A stretch of 64,000 nucleotides of DNA from Candidatus Omnitrophota bacterium (GCA_022711395.1 JAKLFA010000006.1:154-64153); one strand, 5' to 3'. Numbered from the stretch's first letter, positions 1 to 9,496 are shown. Translations and numbers: made by a program. Notes: a model not told the origin generated them from the sequence alone.

Positions 1-1
1 T

Positions 2-445
2 CCCGGCAGTCCGTATGAAGGGTATGGGCTTTATGACCGTTATTGCGGTGGCAGCGAGTTCGTTAATTGGCAGCCGTTCTGGATCAATGATCCAGCCAAC
101 TGCGTCAACAACTGCAGCGCTTCGATCGATTTGGATTTCGCGCAGTGGTGTGATCCGGTGAATTATAATATAGGTTTGCCGTCCGCTAATCTGCTTGTTA
201 AGTATATTGACAACTGTTCGCAGGCCGCCGTGTTGGGTGTGCCTTACAGTGAAAACAAATGCCTGGCCCGGTGCCTGGGCACGCCGTTATTGACGGCGCC
301 TGATCATAGCAATTGCCGATGTCCGCATGGCTACACGTTTAATCCGACAGCAACCGGCTGCCCAACCGGTTACACGCAGTATAATACCTGGGCTGAGGTG
401 CAGACCGCGATCTGCGGTTCGGTGGGCTGCTGCAATACGTTTTGA
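2..445 (+). CDS. C-terminal part of a cysteine-rich secreted hypothetical protein. The frame is open from the window edge, so the 5' end is outside the window.
   Basis: Frame 2 is open from nt 2 to the stop at 445. The translation has more than 14 Cys (CGGSEF...CVNNC...CRCPHGY...CGSVGCCNTF) and no recognisable family. Confidence 0.4.
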   Translation, partial: PGSPYEGYGLYDRYCGGSEFVNWQPFWINDPANCVNNCSASIDLDFAQWCDPVNYNIGLPSANLLVKYIDNCSQAAVLGVPYSENKCLARCLGTPLLTAPDHSNCRCPHGYTFNPTATGCPTGYTQYNTWAEVQTAICGSVGCCNTF

Positions 446-625
446 TCATGATGGAATTCAAAGCGGAAGCGGATCGATCCCGTCTTGTTTTTCGTGTTTG
501 AAAAGATAAGATGCTTGTGTTATAATCCCCCGTCTTTTTCGGTATTAAAGAAGAAACAATTTTGAGAGTTGGCGCGGCCCGTTGGGGTGGACCCGGCGCG
601 CGCATGTTGTTTTAAGAACGTTGAA

Positions 626-702
626 CGGGAAGTAGCGCAGCTGGCTAGCGCACGTGCTTTGGGAGCATGGGGTCCCGGGTTCGAATCCCGGCTTCCCGAC
701 CA
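626..702 (+). tRNA. tRNA-Pro (anticodon TGG), CCA encoded
   Basis: Cloverleaf by eye: acceptor CGGGAAG/CTTCCCG, D-arm GCGC-AGCTGGCTA-GCGC, anticodon stem CGTGC/GCATG with loop TTTGGGA (anticodon TGG), T-arm CCGGG-TTCGAAT-CCCGG, discriminator A then CCA. Confidence 0.9.
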
Positions 703-705
703 TAT

Positions 706-740
706 AAAAAAGGCCTGCACTTTTTGTGCAGGCCTTTTGC
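706..740. terminator. Rho-independent terminator hairpin after tRNA-Pro. A-run upstream and T-run downstream make it usable in both directions.
   Basis: Perfect 10-bp stem aggcctgcac/gtgcaggcct with a ttttt loop, flanked by aaaaa and tttt. Confidence 0.75.
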
Positions 741-756
741 ATGTTTTATCCGGCGA

Positions 757-1071
757 TCAATTCCTGACGCAAATATAGAAGTTAACGCACTCCACGCTTC
801 CTGAGCAGTTGTTGGTATTCGTGAAGTTGTCACCTGTTTTTACCATTCGATAGGACCCCCCCAATGGACATCCTGCGCATGTGGCAACACCCCAGCGGCC
901 AGAGCATGCGCCTCTTACGCCTATCATGACGCCCCCTTCGACAAGGCCGGTGGTCGGCCCGGCCGTCTGGACACAATACTGCGCTATGGCCGGTATTGCT
1001 GCGGCGAGGACAACAGCGGTGAAAATACCAATTACATGGTGTTTTGTGAGGTTTATTGTGATCATAAGCAC
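757..1071 (-). CDS. Small cysteine-rich secreted or membrane-anchored hypothetical protein
   Basis: 104-aa ORF with an N-terminal hydrophobic segment (IGIFTAVVLAAAIPAIAQ) followed by 9 Cys. It is convergent with the upstream Cys-rich ORF. Confidence 0.4.
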   Translation of the reverse strand: MLMITINLTKHHVIGIFTAVVLAAAIPAIAQYCVQTAGPTTGLVEGGVMIGVRGACSGRWGVATCAGCPLGGSYRMVKTGDNFTNTNNCSGSVECVNFYICVRN

Positions 1072-1206
1072 CGATCCTTTAAGTTAAAAGCTATACACAA
1101 AGTATAGCGTATTTATTTTAATAAAAATATCACTTTCGGGAAAATGTAGTTATGGCCTGTTTTGCGTCCTTGTGTGCGGGAGGTTTTTTTAGTACAATAC
1201 CCCCCT

Positions 1207-3453
1207 ATGAAAAGGGACCACACACAACTTATTTGCGATATCGGAGAACTGAGCGGGGCGTCCAGCCGGTCGCCGAGACTGGAAGATTTTTTGAGCCGAT
1301 CGGCGGAGCTGGTCGCGCAGCATATGCAGTCTCAGGTTTGTTCGATCTATCTGTATTTTGAAGACACTCAGGAGTTGGTCCTGAAGGCGACCAAGGGATT
1401 AAAGCCTGAGGCGGTGGACAATGTCCGCCTGAGGCTGGGGGAAGGATTGACCGGGCTCGCTTTAAAAGAGATGCGCCCTATTTGTGAAAGGGAGGCGAGC
1501 AAGATCCCCGGATACCGGTATTTCCCGGAAATCGGAGAAGAGGCGTATGATTCGTTCTTGGCCGTGCCGATCCTGCGCGGGACGAACCGGATCGGTGTCA
1601 TGGTCGTGCAGAATGCCAAGAGCGATTATTTCAGCCAGGAGGATATCAATACCCTGAAAGCGATCACTTCGCAGTTGGCGATGACCATTGAGACCGCGAA
1701 GATCCTTTTGGCGATCGAAGAGCAGAACAGGGACGCCGGATCATTTCCGGAAGAAAAGCCTTTAAAATTTTTTAAAGGCCGGTCCGGCGGTTCCGGAGTG
1801 GTCTTAGGGGAGGCGGTCATCCTTGAGGATAAGAGGCGCTTTTTCATGACCGAAAAGAATTTCGGGACAGGTTCGTATTCTGTGCAGGATTTCTTAAAGG
1901 CCCTTGAGAAAACGGAACAAAGCCTTCAGGCTTTGCAGGAGCAGGTCGAAGAAAAACTTTCGGATGTGGCGTCTTTGATCTTTACCGCGCAGATCCTGAT
2001 GCTCAAAGATAAGCCGTTCATTGATTCGATCGTGCATCAGATCCAGTCCGGCCGCAATGCCGTCGACGCGGTCCGGCGCACCGTTCATCAGTATGTCCAC
2101 CGTTTTGAAAGTCTGGATAACCGCTATATCAGGGAAAAGGCCCAGGATGTTTTGGACGTGGGGCTGCATTTGCTGGAGCATTTGGCCGGCACCGCCCTTT
2201 ACGGGCAGGGAGAAGAAGGAAAGATCGTGATCGCGCAGGAGCTTTTTCCGTCGGACATGCTGAAGCTTTCTTCCCGCGGCGCCAAGGGGGTCATTTTGTT
2301 GAGCGGGGGGATCACCTCGCACATCGCGATCCTGTCCCGTTCTTTGGAGATCCCGCTTGTTTTCGCGGATGAGTCCCGCCTTTTGAAAGTCCCTTCACGG
2401 ACACGGGTCCTTTTGGACGCAGGGCAGGGCAACGTGTATATTGATCCGGATGAAACGGTGTTGAGAACGTTCCAACCTGCTTTAGAGGGCGCGCGCGATG
2501 CGCAAAAGGCCAGGACAGAGTCCCTGGATGAAACCCGCACGGCGGACGGGGCCAGGGTCATGCTGCTTTCAAACATCAATCTTTTGTGCGATCTGAACGT
2601 CGCGCGGGATTTTAAATCCGAAGGGATCGGGCTTTACCGGACGGAATTCCCGTTCATGATCCGTTCAGATTTCCCTTCCGAAGAAGAGCAGTACGTGGTT
2701 TACAAGAAACTGGTCGAAGGGATGCCCGGCAAAGACGTGACGTTCCGCACGCTGGATATTGGCGGGGATAAGGTTCTGTCCTATTATGATTACGGCCGGG
2801 AGGAAAATCCGTTTTTGGGGATGCGATCGATCCGGTTTTCGCTCAGGCATAAGGATATTTTCCGCCAGCAACTGCGGGCGATCCTGCGCGCGGGAACAGG
2901 GGCGGAACTGAAGATCATGTTCCCGATGATCTCTTCCGTGGATGAATTTCTGGACGCGCGAAAGCAGGTCGAGCTGAGCATGGAGGAACTTAGATCGGTA
3001 GGAGTTCCGTTTCATCAGGCCCCGGAATTGGGAATGATGGTCGAGCTTCCGTCGGTTTTGGAGATCATGGACGAGTTGGCTGAAGAGGCGGATTTTTTCA
3101 GCATCGGGACCAATGATTTTATTCAGTATATGCTTGCTGTTGACCGGACCAACGAAAAAGTGGCGGATCTGTATCTTCCGCATCATCCGTCGATCTTAAG
3201 GGCGCTCAAGCGCGTGGTCGAGGCGGCCGGCCGCCATGGCAAGGACGTAGCTGTTTGCGGGGACATGTCTTATGATGAACGCTATCTTCCGTATTTTCTG
3301 GGGATCGGCATCCGCAAGTTCAGCGTGGACCCTCATTGGATCCCCAGGGTTCAGAAGGCGGTCTCCCGGATCGACCTGAACGAGGCCCGACGAAAAACGC
3401 AGGCCCTGCTGGAAATGAAAAAAGTTGCGGATATTGAGCGGAATCTGTTGTAA
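1207..3453 (+). CDS. ptsP: Phosphoenolpyruvate-protein phosphotransferase with an N-terminal GAF domain (nitrogen-PTS Enzyme I)
   Basis: N-terminal GAF-like region aligns with the start of E. coli PtsP, so the ATG at 1207 is preferred over the TTG at 1162. The EI core shows GGITSHIAILSRSLEIPLV (active-site His) and the PEP-utilising C-terminal domain (FSIGTNDFIQY, CGDMS). Confidence 0.85.
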   Translation: MKRDHTQLICDIGELSGASSRSPRLEDFLSRSAELVAQHMQSQVCSIYLYFEDTQELVLKATKGLKPEAVDNVRLRLGEGLTGLALKEMRPICEREASKIPGYRYFPEIGEEAYDSFLAVPILRGTNRIGVMVVQNAKSDYFSQEDINTLKAITSQLAMTIETAKILLAIEEQNRDAGSFPEEKPLKFFKGRSGGSGVVLGEAVILEDKRRFFMTEKNFGTGSYSVQDFLKALEKTEQSLQALQEQVEEKLSDVASLIFTAQILMLKDKPFIDSIVHQIQSGRNAVDAVRRTVHQYVHRFESLDNRYIREKAQDVLDVGLHLLEHLAGTALYGQGEEGKIVIAQELFPSDMLKLSSRGAKGVILLSGGITSHIAILSRSLEIPLVFADESRLLKVPSRTRVLLDAGQGNVYIDPDETVLRTFQPALEGARDAQKARTESLDETRTADGARVMLLSNINLLCDLNVARDFKSEGIGLYRTEFPFMIRSDFPSEEEQYVVYKKLVEGMPGKDVTFRTLDIGGDKVLSYYDYGREENPFLGMRSIRFSLRHKDIFRQQLRAILRAGTGAELKIMFPMISSVDEFLDARKQVELSMEELRSVGVPFHQAPELGMMVELPSVLEIMDELAEEADFFSIGTNDFIQYMLAVDRTNEKVADLYLPHHPSILRALKRVVEAAGRHGKDVAVCGDMSYDERYLPYFLGIGIRKFSVDPHWIPRVQKAVSRIDLNEARRKTQALLEMKKVADIERNLL

Positions 3454-3484
3454 GATAAGGGCACACAAAAAAAGGAGTTTGCGA

Positions 3485-3970
3485 ATGTTGGCATGGATGA
3501 TTCTGGTGGTCGGGATCTTGTCCCGCGTTATGTTCCATGAACCGAATTTTACGCCGGTCATCGCCCTGGTACTGTTCGGAGGGATGTATTTAAGGAAAGA
3601 ACAGGCTGTTTGGGTGCCGGTCGTGCTCATGATCGTTTCCGATGTCCTGATCGGATTTCACAGCGTGATCGCCTTTACCTGGGGGAGCATGCTGGCGATC
3701 AGCCTGCTGGGTGCGCTCAAACGCGAGGATCGCAGTTTTGGCCGTAGTCTGGGCCTGAGTTTTGTTTCAGCGGTCCTGTTTTTTGTCGTGACCAATTTCG
3801 GCGCGTGGCTTGCGATGTATCCGAAGACCTTGACGGGATTGATGGAATGTTATATCGCGGCAATACCTTTTTTCCGCACGACATTGTTCAGCACGCTGAT
3901 GTATAGTTGTATTTTGTGGGCGGCGTATGAACTGGGCGCGAAGCGGTTTCCGCGTTTGGCAACGGTTTAG
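3485..3970 (+). CDS. Hypothetical polytopic membrane protein (~160 aa, 4-5 TM helices)
   Basis: ATG at 3485 preceded by an aaaaggag RBS; hydrophobic helices throughout; family not recognised. Confidence 0.55.
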   Translation: MLAWMILVVGILSRVMFHEPNFTPVIALVLFGGMYLRKEQAVWVPVVLMIVSDVLIGFHSVIAFTWGSMLAISLLGALKREDRSFGRSLGLSFVSAVLFFVVTNFGAWLAMYPKTLTGLMECYIAAIPFFRTTLFSTLMYSCILWAAYELGAKRFPRLATV

Positions 3971-4029
3971 AGACCTGATAAATGGAGTAAGGGAGGGTTT
4001 GTTCAAAATTTGTGTACCGGTTCCTTGAG

Positions 4030-4295
4030 GCGAAAGCTCAAGGATCAAAAGGGAAAGCTTCCTTCGCTTGGCGAGGGGACCTCTTAAAAAGGATTTTTTA
4101 GGGGGCGGTGAAACGCCGGCACGGTCCCGCCACTGTAAGGGTTTAGTTAAACCCAAGTCAGAACGCCTGCCGGTATTTTCAGTATTTGTGTGCTGCGACG
4201 GACAGCGCAAATACGAACATAGATTTGGGATCAAGAGCTACGGGTGCAATCCCAATCGGACAAGACAATGTCTGGTTGGGATTTTTTATTTTTGC
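4030..4295 (+). promoter_or_regulatory. Cobalamin (AdoCbl) riboswitch with a terminator-type expression platform, in the leader of the TonB-dependent receptor gene
   Basis: Conserved core AAGGGAAAGC ... GGTGAAACGCCGGCACGGTCCCGCCACTGTAAGGG, including the B12 box GCCACTG at 4129-4135. Downstream hairpin aatcccaa...ttgggatt followed by TTTTTTATTTTT (4248-4294), and a possible antiterminator partner tttgggat at 4224-4231. Confidence 0.7.
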
Positions 4296-4344
4296 CGCCA
4301 CAACAAGAGAGGGCGGGCGCCTGCGACATCAGAAAGGATTTTGA

Positions 4345-6342
4345 ATGAACAGAAGGTTACGTGTGTTTATGATCATGAGCATTCTCTCAGCTTTTGGTCT
4401 GCCTGCCGCTGCGCAAGACATGGAATTGGACCGAATCGTGGTCACGGCAAGCCGAATAGCCCAGATGGATGATCAGTTGACATCCAGCGTTTCGGTGATC
4501 AGTGAAGAGGATATTGCTTCTTCAAGCGCCCGCACGGTGGCGGATATTCTTCAGGACCGTCTGGGGCTCAACATTTACGACAAGAGCTCCCCCAAGACGT
4601 CCCTGGTGGATATCCGGGGGTTCAATGACACGGCCACGATGAACGTCCTGGTTCTGGTCAACGGACGCAAGGTCAATTCGATCGACCTTTCGGGAGCGGA
4701 TTATCTTCAGGTGCCGCTGGAGGCTGTGCGGCGTATTGAAGTGGTGCGCGGCGCGGCTTCGGTGCTTTACGGGGACAATGCCGTCGGAGGGGTTATTAAC
4801 ATCATCACCAAAGAGGGCAAGGGGCCGTTATCGCTCCGCCTGGGTTCGGAGTACGGGAGCTTTGACCAGCGGCGGTCGGATGCGGAGATCTCCGGAAGCC
4901 ATAAGGACCTCTCGTATTATCTGTATTCCTCCTACGCGGACGCCAGGGGTTACCGGCAAAACAGCGATGTCCTCGACAAGGACTACAACGGCCGGCTGGG
5001 CTGGGCGCTGACCGATATCCTGAATGTGGAATTGATGAGCTCCTGGCACGAGGATGATTATGGTCTGCCGGGTGGCTTGAGCGACACGGAGCTTCAGACG
5101 CTGGGGCGCCGGGGTTCAGCTGATGATCAGGATTTCGGATCGACCAAGGACCGCAATGTCCATCTGCGATTCGACGCGACCCCCTGGCCGCAAGACCTGG
5201 ACCTGGGCCATCTGGTCCTGGACGTATCCTACCGCAACCGTGATTCCTACGCGGAATTCGCGGCGTATGATTTCGGGACCAAGCGCATGATCGACACGCT
5301 GGGCATGAACGCCAAATACACTTTGAATCAGCAGGTGCTTGGTCATGATGTGGACCTTGTCACCGGGGTGGACCTTTATGATGTCAAGAACGATATCTGG
5401 GGCAGCGGGTCCAACAGTGATGATATCACGATCAGTAAGGACGAATTCGGTGTTTATGTTTTTGGTGAGGTTGAATTGCTGGCCGACACGTTCATCAACG
5501 CGGGGACGCGTTATCAACGGGCGGATTACACGTTCGATCAACGCAGCGGGACGGCGAATTATGAAAAACAGAAGGCTGATGAGCAGGTCTCCATGCTGGG
5601 GGCCAAATATGAATACGCTCCGGGTTCCAACATCCATGCGGGGGTGGAGCAGACGTTCCGGTTTTTGGCGACCGATGAATGGTACGATACCTGGTCAGGA
5701 CTTAATACCGGCCTGGACCAGCAGACCGGGATCCAGTATGAGGTGGGGATCAAACACAACTTCAGGAACACGACGACCGTTGGGATCACGCCTTATTGGA
5801 TCGAGACCGAGGATGAGATTTTTTTTGATCCCAAGTCCGGATTTTTCGGGTCGAACAGCAACTATGACACGACCCGGAGGCTGGGGGTGGAATGTGAGCA
5901 GCGGACAAATCTTTTGAAGATCGTTGAGGTGGACGTTCTCAACCGCTGGGAGCTTTTCAGCAGTTATGTCTATCAGCGGCCGGAATTCTTTGATGGGCCC
6001 AATGACGGTAAGCTCATCCCCATGGTCCCGGAAAACCAGTGGACAGCCGGGACATCGTTCGGTTTTTGGGACCATTATGACTTTTCGATTTCCGGGCGCT
6101 ACACGGGATCACGTTTTGCCATTAATGACACGCTTAATGAGACGGCGAAAGTGAAGTCCCATATCGTAATGGACACCAAGCTATCTTACCGCCGGCTGGA
6201 CTATCAGGTCTATCTGGCCGTAGACAACGTGCTGGGGGAACAATATTATTCCTATGTCAGCAAGGCGGTCGGCAGTTTTGTGAAGGACTATTATCCGGCG
6301 CCGGAAAGAACGTTTCGGGCGGGCATGAGCGTTTTGTTCTAA
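4345..6342 (+). CDS. TonB-dependent outer-membrane receptor, likely BtuB-like cobalamin/corrinoid uptake
   Basis: Signal peptide; TonB box DRIVVTASR; plug-domain motifs (VLVLVNGRKVNS, RIEVVRGAASVLYGDNAVGGVINIITK); long beta-barrel; C-terminal aromatic residue F. A cobalamin riboswitch lies upstream. Confidence 0.85.
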   Translation: MNRRLRVFMIMSILSAFGLPAAAQDMELDRIVVTASRIAQMDDQLTSSVSVISEEDIASSSARTVADILQDRLGLNIYDKSSPKTSLVDIRGFNDTATMNVLVLVNGRKVNSIDLSGADYLQVPLEAVRRIEVVRGAASVLYGDNAVGGVINIITKEGKGPLSLRLGSEYGSFDQRRSDAEISGSHKDLSYYLYSSYADARGYRQNSDVLDKDYNGRLGWALTDILNVELMSSWHEDDYGLPGGLSDTELQTLGRRGSADDQDFGSTKDRNVHLRFDATPWPQDLDLGHLVLDVSYRNRDSYAEFAAYDFGTKRMIDTLGMNAKYTLNQQVLGHDVDLVTGVDLYDVKNDIWGSGSNSDDITISKDEFGVYVFGEVELLADTFINAGTRYQRADYTFDQRSGTANYEKQKADEQVSMLGAKYEYAPGSNIHAGVEQTFRFLATDEWYDTWSGLNTGLDQQTGIQYEVGIKHNFRNTTTVGITPYWIETEDEIFFDPKSGFFGSNSNYDTTRRLGVECEQRTNLLKIVEVDVLNRWELFSSYVYQRPEFFDGPNDGKLIPMVPENQWTAGTSFGFWDHYDFSISGRYTGSRFAINDTLNETAKVKSHIVMDTKLSYRRLDYQVYLAVDNVLGEQYYSYVSKAVGSFVKDYYPAPERTFRAGMSVLF

Positions 6343-6345
6343 AGG

Positions 6346-6402
6346 CGCGAGAGAGGCCCTTTTTGTTTCCGAAAAAGACGGCCCTCCTTTATAATAGGGG
6401 CG
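6346..6402. repeat. Copy 1 of a ~57-bp intergenic repeat (imperfect hairpin plus a TATAAT box)
   Basis: gagaggccctttttgtttccgaaaaagacggccctcctttataataggggcg, about 95% identical to the copy at 7788-7848. Confidence 0.6.
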
Positions 6403-6424
6403 GGCGCGGTGAAGACCCGGCTTT

Positions 6425-7708
6425 ATGAAAAAGGATGGGTGCATGGGGCGCAATACAATGTTCCTTTCGGCTTTTTTGTTCTTGTTCGTTCTCGGTGTTT
6501 TCGGGATCGGGCTCAGATATGTCGGGAGCGGAGACCTTGTGCCCAATGAGCTCTTGCCGGTAGCGATCATTCAGGGACAGAGTTTTTATTTTGACGATTT
6601 TGTGACGGACAAAGACGCCGTGCCGTATTATTACGTCAATGTAAAAGGCAGGATCGTTTCCGCCTACCCGGTCATTCCGGGCTTATTGAACCTGCCGGTT
6701 TTTTTTGTTGCGCATGTTTTCGGTGTCGATCTGCTCAAGAATGTCCGTTTATTGTCTTTACTGTCGTCTCTGCTGATCTCATCGGCCTCGGTGGTGTTCA
6801 TGTTCCTCTGCTTGACGAAGGTTTGCAGGAGGCAAAGCACGGCGGTCTTTTTTTCGTTGGTGTACGCCTTCGCCACATGCGTGTGGAGCGTCGCGTGCCG
6901 GGGGATCTGGCAGCATGGTCCGTCCCTGTTATTTATTACTTCTGCCTTATTTTTATTGTTCTGCAAAAAAGGAAATCTTCTGCTTTATGCTGGTTTCTTT
7001 TTTGGGATGGCCGTCTTTAACAGGCCGACGAATGCCATGCTGGTTTTGCCGATGACGCTTTACGTCTTTAAGCACCGTCGGGAAAAATTCAAATGGTATC
7101 TGGCGTGCTTAGTGGTGCCGATAGCGCTTTTGTGCTGGTATTCTTGGGCGTATTTGGGTAATGTTTTTTTGCTGGGACAGGGCCAGCGTTTTCGAGTGAC
7201 CGATGATTTCTGGCTTGGATTGGCCGGGCTGTTAATAAGCCCCAACCGGGGGTTGTTTGTGTTCAGCCCGGTGTTGATCTTCAGCGTTTTCTATCTCATC
7301 TGGCTGACGATCAAGAAGGACGCGGAGCCTGTTTATCGATACATGGCCGCCGCGGTCATTCTGTTGATCGGGGTATGCGCGTTGTGGGCCTCGTGGTGGG
7401 GAGGCCATTGTTTTGGATACAGATTGTTGATCGAGACGATCCCCATGCTGATCATTTTTGTGTCTCTTTGCTGGGAGGATTTTATTGCCGACCGCATTTT
7501 TTTAAAGGCCATATTCTATGGGCTGTTATTTTTTTCAGTTTATTTTAATTTTCTGGGAGCCTTTTTATATTCCGGTGAGTTCAACAACAGGCCTAATGAC
7601 ATTGATAGCAACGTTGAGCGGTTGTGGGATATCAAGAATGGAGAACTGGCGAGAGACTCGTTAAAGTTGTTAAGGCTTGTTTCAGAGGTCTTTCAGCGTG
7701 AAAAGTAA
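6425..7708 (+). CDS. Polytopic integral membrane protein (~10+ TM helices), possibly a GT-C-type glycosyltransferase or other membrane enzyme
   Basis: 427-aa ORF, very hydrophobic with periodic TM helices, flanked by the two repeat copies. Start could be 6425, 6443 or 6458. Confidence 0.55.
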   Translation: MKKDGCMGRNTMFLSAFLFLFVLGVFGIGLRYVGSGDLVPNELLPVAIIQGQSFYFDDFVTDKDAVPYYYVNVKGRIVSAYPVIPGLLNLPVFFVAHVFGVDLLKNVRLLSLLSSLLISSASVVFMFLCLTKVCRRQSTAVFFSLVYAFATCVWSVACRGIWQHGPSLLFITSALFLLFCKKGNLLLYAGFFFGMAVFNRPTNAMLVLPMTLYVFKHRREKFKWYLACLVVPIALLCWYSWAYLGNVFLLGQGQRFRVTDDFWLGLAGLLISPNRGLFVFSPVLIFSVFYLIWLTIKKDAEPVYRYMAAAVILLIGVCALWASWWGGHCFGYRLLIETIPMLIIFVSLCWEDFIADRIFLKAIFYGLLFFSVYFNFLGAFLYSGEFNNRPNDIDSNVERLWDIKNGELARDSLKLLRLVSEVFQREK

Positions 7709-7787
7709 CGCGGCCCGGATCACTGGTCGGCGAGGAACCCTTTGGACGGAATGGTTTTTGGCCTGGAGACGATCCCCGGTTGCGTTA

Positions 7788-7848
7788 CGGGCGCAAGAGA
7801 GGCCCTTTTTATTTCCGAAAAAGGCGGCCCTCCTTTATAATAGGGGCG
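7788..7848. repeat. Copy 2 of the ~57-bp intergenic repeat
   Basis: caagagaggccctttttatttccgaaaaaggcggccctcctttataataggggcg; see copy 1. Confidence 0.6.
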
Positions 7849-7874
7849 TAGCGTCTTAAACAAAGGAGAGGGAC

Positions 7875-9449
7875 GTGAGCGATTCATTGGATCTATTTTT
7901 TGAAGACATGATCAGCCTCCTGGGAGAAACGCGTGTTTGCCGCGACCGGGAAAAGATCGACGGGCTTTTGTCCAACACCTTGGGGATACAACGGGATGTT
8001 TACGGGTGTTTGTATCCATCGATGCTGGAAGAGGTCCGCGACATCGTCCGAAAGGCCAATCAGCACAAGGTCCCATTATATCCGTTCAGCCGGGGGCAGA
8101 ATTTCGGTTACGGCGGCTGCGTTCCTCCGGTCAACGGCGTTATGTTGGTGAGTTTGGAACGCATGAGCGCGATCCGCGAGTTCAACGAACGCCACGGTTA
8201 TGTGGTCATCGAGCCTGGTGTTTCTCAAAAGCAGCTTTATGATTTTTTGATCGAAAAGAACGCCCCCTTCTGGATGGATACTACCGGTGCCGGCCTTGAA
8301 TCCAGCATCATCGGAAACACCCTGGAAGGCGGCTTTGGGCATACTCCCAAAGGCAATCGCCGGGCGCATTTTACCGACGTGGAAATGGTCCTGGGTAATG
8401 GCCAGATCCTTAAGACCGGCGCATTTCCCGGGTTGGGGCCGGACTTAAGCGGCATGGCCGTCCAGTCCAATTTCGGGATCGTGACCGCGATGCGCGTTTC
8501 GCTGGTGCCCAAGCCCGAGAGTTTTGAATCGTTCGTGGTCAGCGTCGATAAAGACCAGAACCTTGAGAAGGTGATCGATCTTCTCAATGTCCTGGCCCTG
8601 CAGGGAGTGCTTCTGAACCTTTCACACGTTGTTAACGCTTTGCGTTCCTATATGATCCTCAACCCCTGCCCGGAGGAGTTCAAGGACCAGTTGATGAACA
8701 ATGATCAGGCGGCAAAACTTTTGCAAACGCCCGTCGTCAAGGCCGGACGCTGGAGTGTGATGGGCGGGCTTTATGGGTCAAGGCTGGAACTGGCGGCCCA
8801 GAAAAAGCTGATCAGGGCCGCTTTTGACGGGATCGGGCGCGTGGAATTTTTCGATGATGCCCGGATCGATCAATTACAGAAAATCTGCCGGTCGCCGTTT
8901 AAACGGTTTTCATCGTCATTCAAAAAGCTTTCTGGGCATCTCATTGCCTATAAGGAACTGCACGGGATGATGGAAGGGATCCCGACCGACCACATGACGC
9001 GGCGTATGGGCTGGCGGGTGCAGGAGACAGAGGATATCGGTTTGATCTGGTTCGCTCCCACGTTGCCGGCCGAAGGGCAGAAGGTCCGGCGGATGATCGA
9101 TTTTGCGTCCGAAAAATTCGATCGCTATCAGTTTGAAATGCCGGTGACGATCACCCAGATCCGGCCGGGCCAGGTAGTCGGGATCTTCAGCATCCATTTT
9201 AACCGCCGCGATGAAGCGGCTGTGCGCAAGGCCCACGAGCTGTATGAAGAATTGAAGAACGGCTTTAGAAGAGAGGGGATCGAACTTTACCGCTCTTCCG
9301 TGTTGAACATGGCGCAGCTTACCTACGGGGACTCCGGCAAGAAAAGAGTCTTGAAGACCTTGAAAAGGGCGCTTGATCCTCATGATATCATCGCTCCGGG
9401 ACGTTATGGCATCACGTCCGCCTTGGAAGAAGACGAGATCGTAAAATAA
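7875..9449 (+). CDS. FAD-linked oxidase with an N-terminal PCMH-type FAD-binding domain
   Basis: GTG start with a strong RBS (aaggagagg). N-terminal motifs PLYPFSRGQNFGYGGCVPPVNGVMLVSLERMSAIREFNERHGYVVIEPGV are typical of the FAD-binding domain 4 family (glycolate oxidase / D-lactate dehydrogenase / VAO-like). Confidence 0.7.
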   Translation: MSDSLDLFFEDMISLLGETRVCRDREKIDGLLSNTLGIQRDVYGCLYPSMLEEVRDIVRKANQHKVPLYPFSRGQNFGYGGCVPPVNGVMLVSLERMSAIREFNERHGYVVIEPGVSQKQLYDFLIEKNAPFWMDTTGAGLESSIIGNTLEGGFGHTPKGNRRAHFTDVEMVLGNGQILKTGAFPGLGPDLSGMAVQSNFGIVTAMRVSLVPKPESFESFVVSVDKDQNLEKVIDLLNVLALQGVLLNLSHVVNALRSYMILNPCPEEFKDQLMNNDQAAKLLQTPVVKAGRWSVMGGLYGSRLELAAQKKLIRAAFDGIGRVEFFDDARIDQLQKICRSPFKRFSSSFKKLSGHLIAYKELHGMMEGIPTDHMTRRMGWRVQETEDIGLIWFAPTLPAEGQKVRRMIDFASEKFDRYQFEMPVTITQIRPGQVVGIFSIHFNRRDEAAVRKAHELYEELKNGFRREGIELYRSSVLNMAQLTYGDSGKKRVLKTLKRALDPHDIIAPGRYGITSALEEDEIVK

Positions 9450-9452
9450 AAA

Positions 9453-9482
9453 AGGCGCTTTTTACGATAAAAAGCGCCTGTC
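9453..9482. terminator. Bidirectional Rho-independent terminator between convergent genes
   Basis: aaaaggcgcttttt-acgat-aaaaagcgcct: palindromic stem with A/T runs on both sides. Confidence 0.6.
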
Positions 9483-9496
9483 AAACAATCCCTGGT

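Noticed and set aside
327-720. Several 60-90-aa ORFs in the track overlapping the tRNA-Pro gene and the 3' end of the Cys-rich ORF (327..509, 339..605, 520..720, 545..742, 569..778)
   Set aside because: They overlap a confidently folded tRNA and its terminator or lie in alternative frames of a longer ORF, so they are treated as spurious.
1152-1361. 69-aa ORF at the ptsP 5' end
   Set aside because: It is an out-of-frame overlap with the GAF domain of ptsP, whose N-terminus aligns with the PtsP family.
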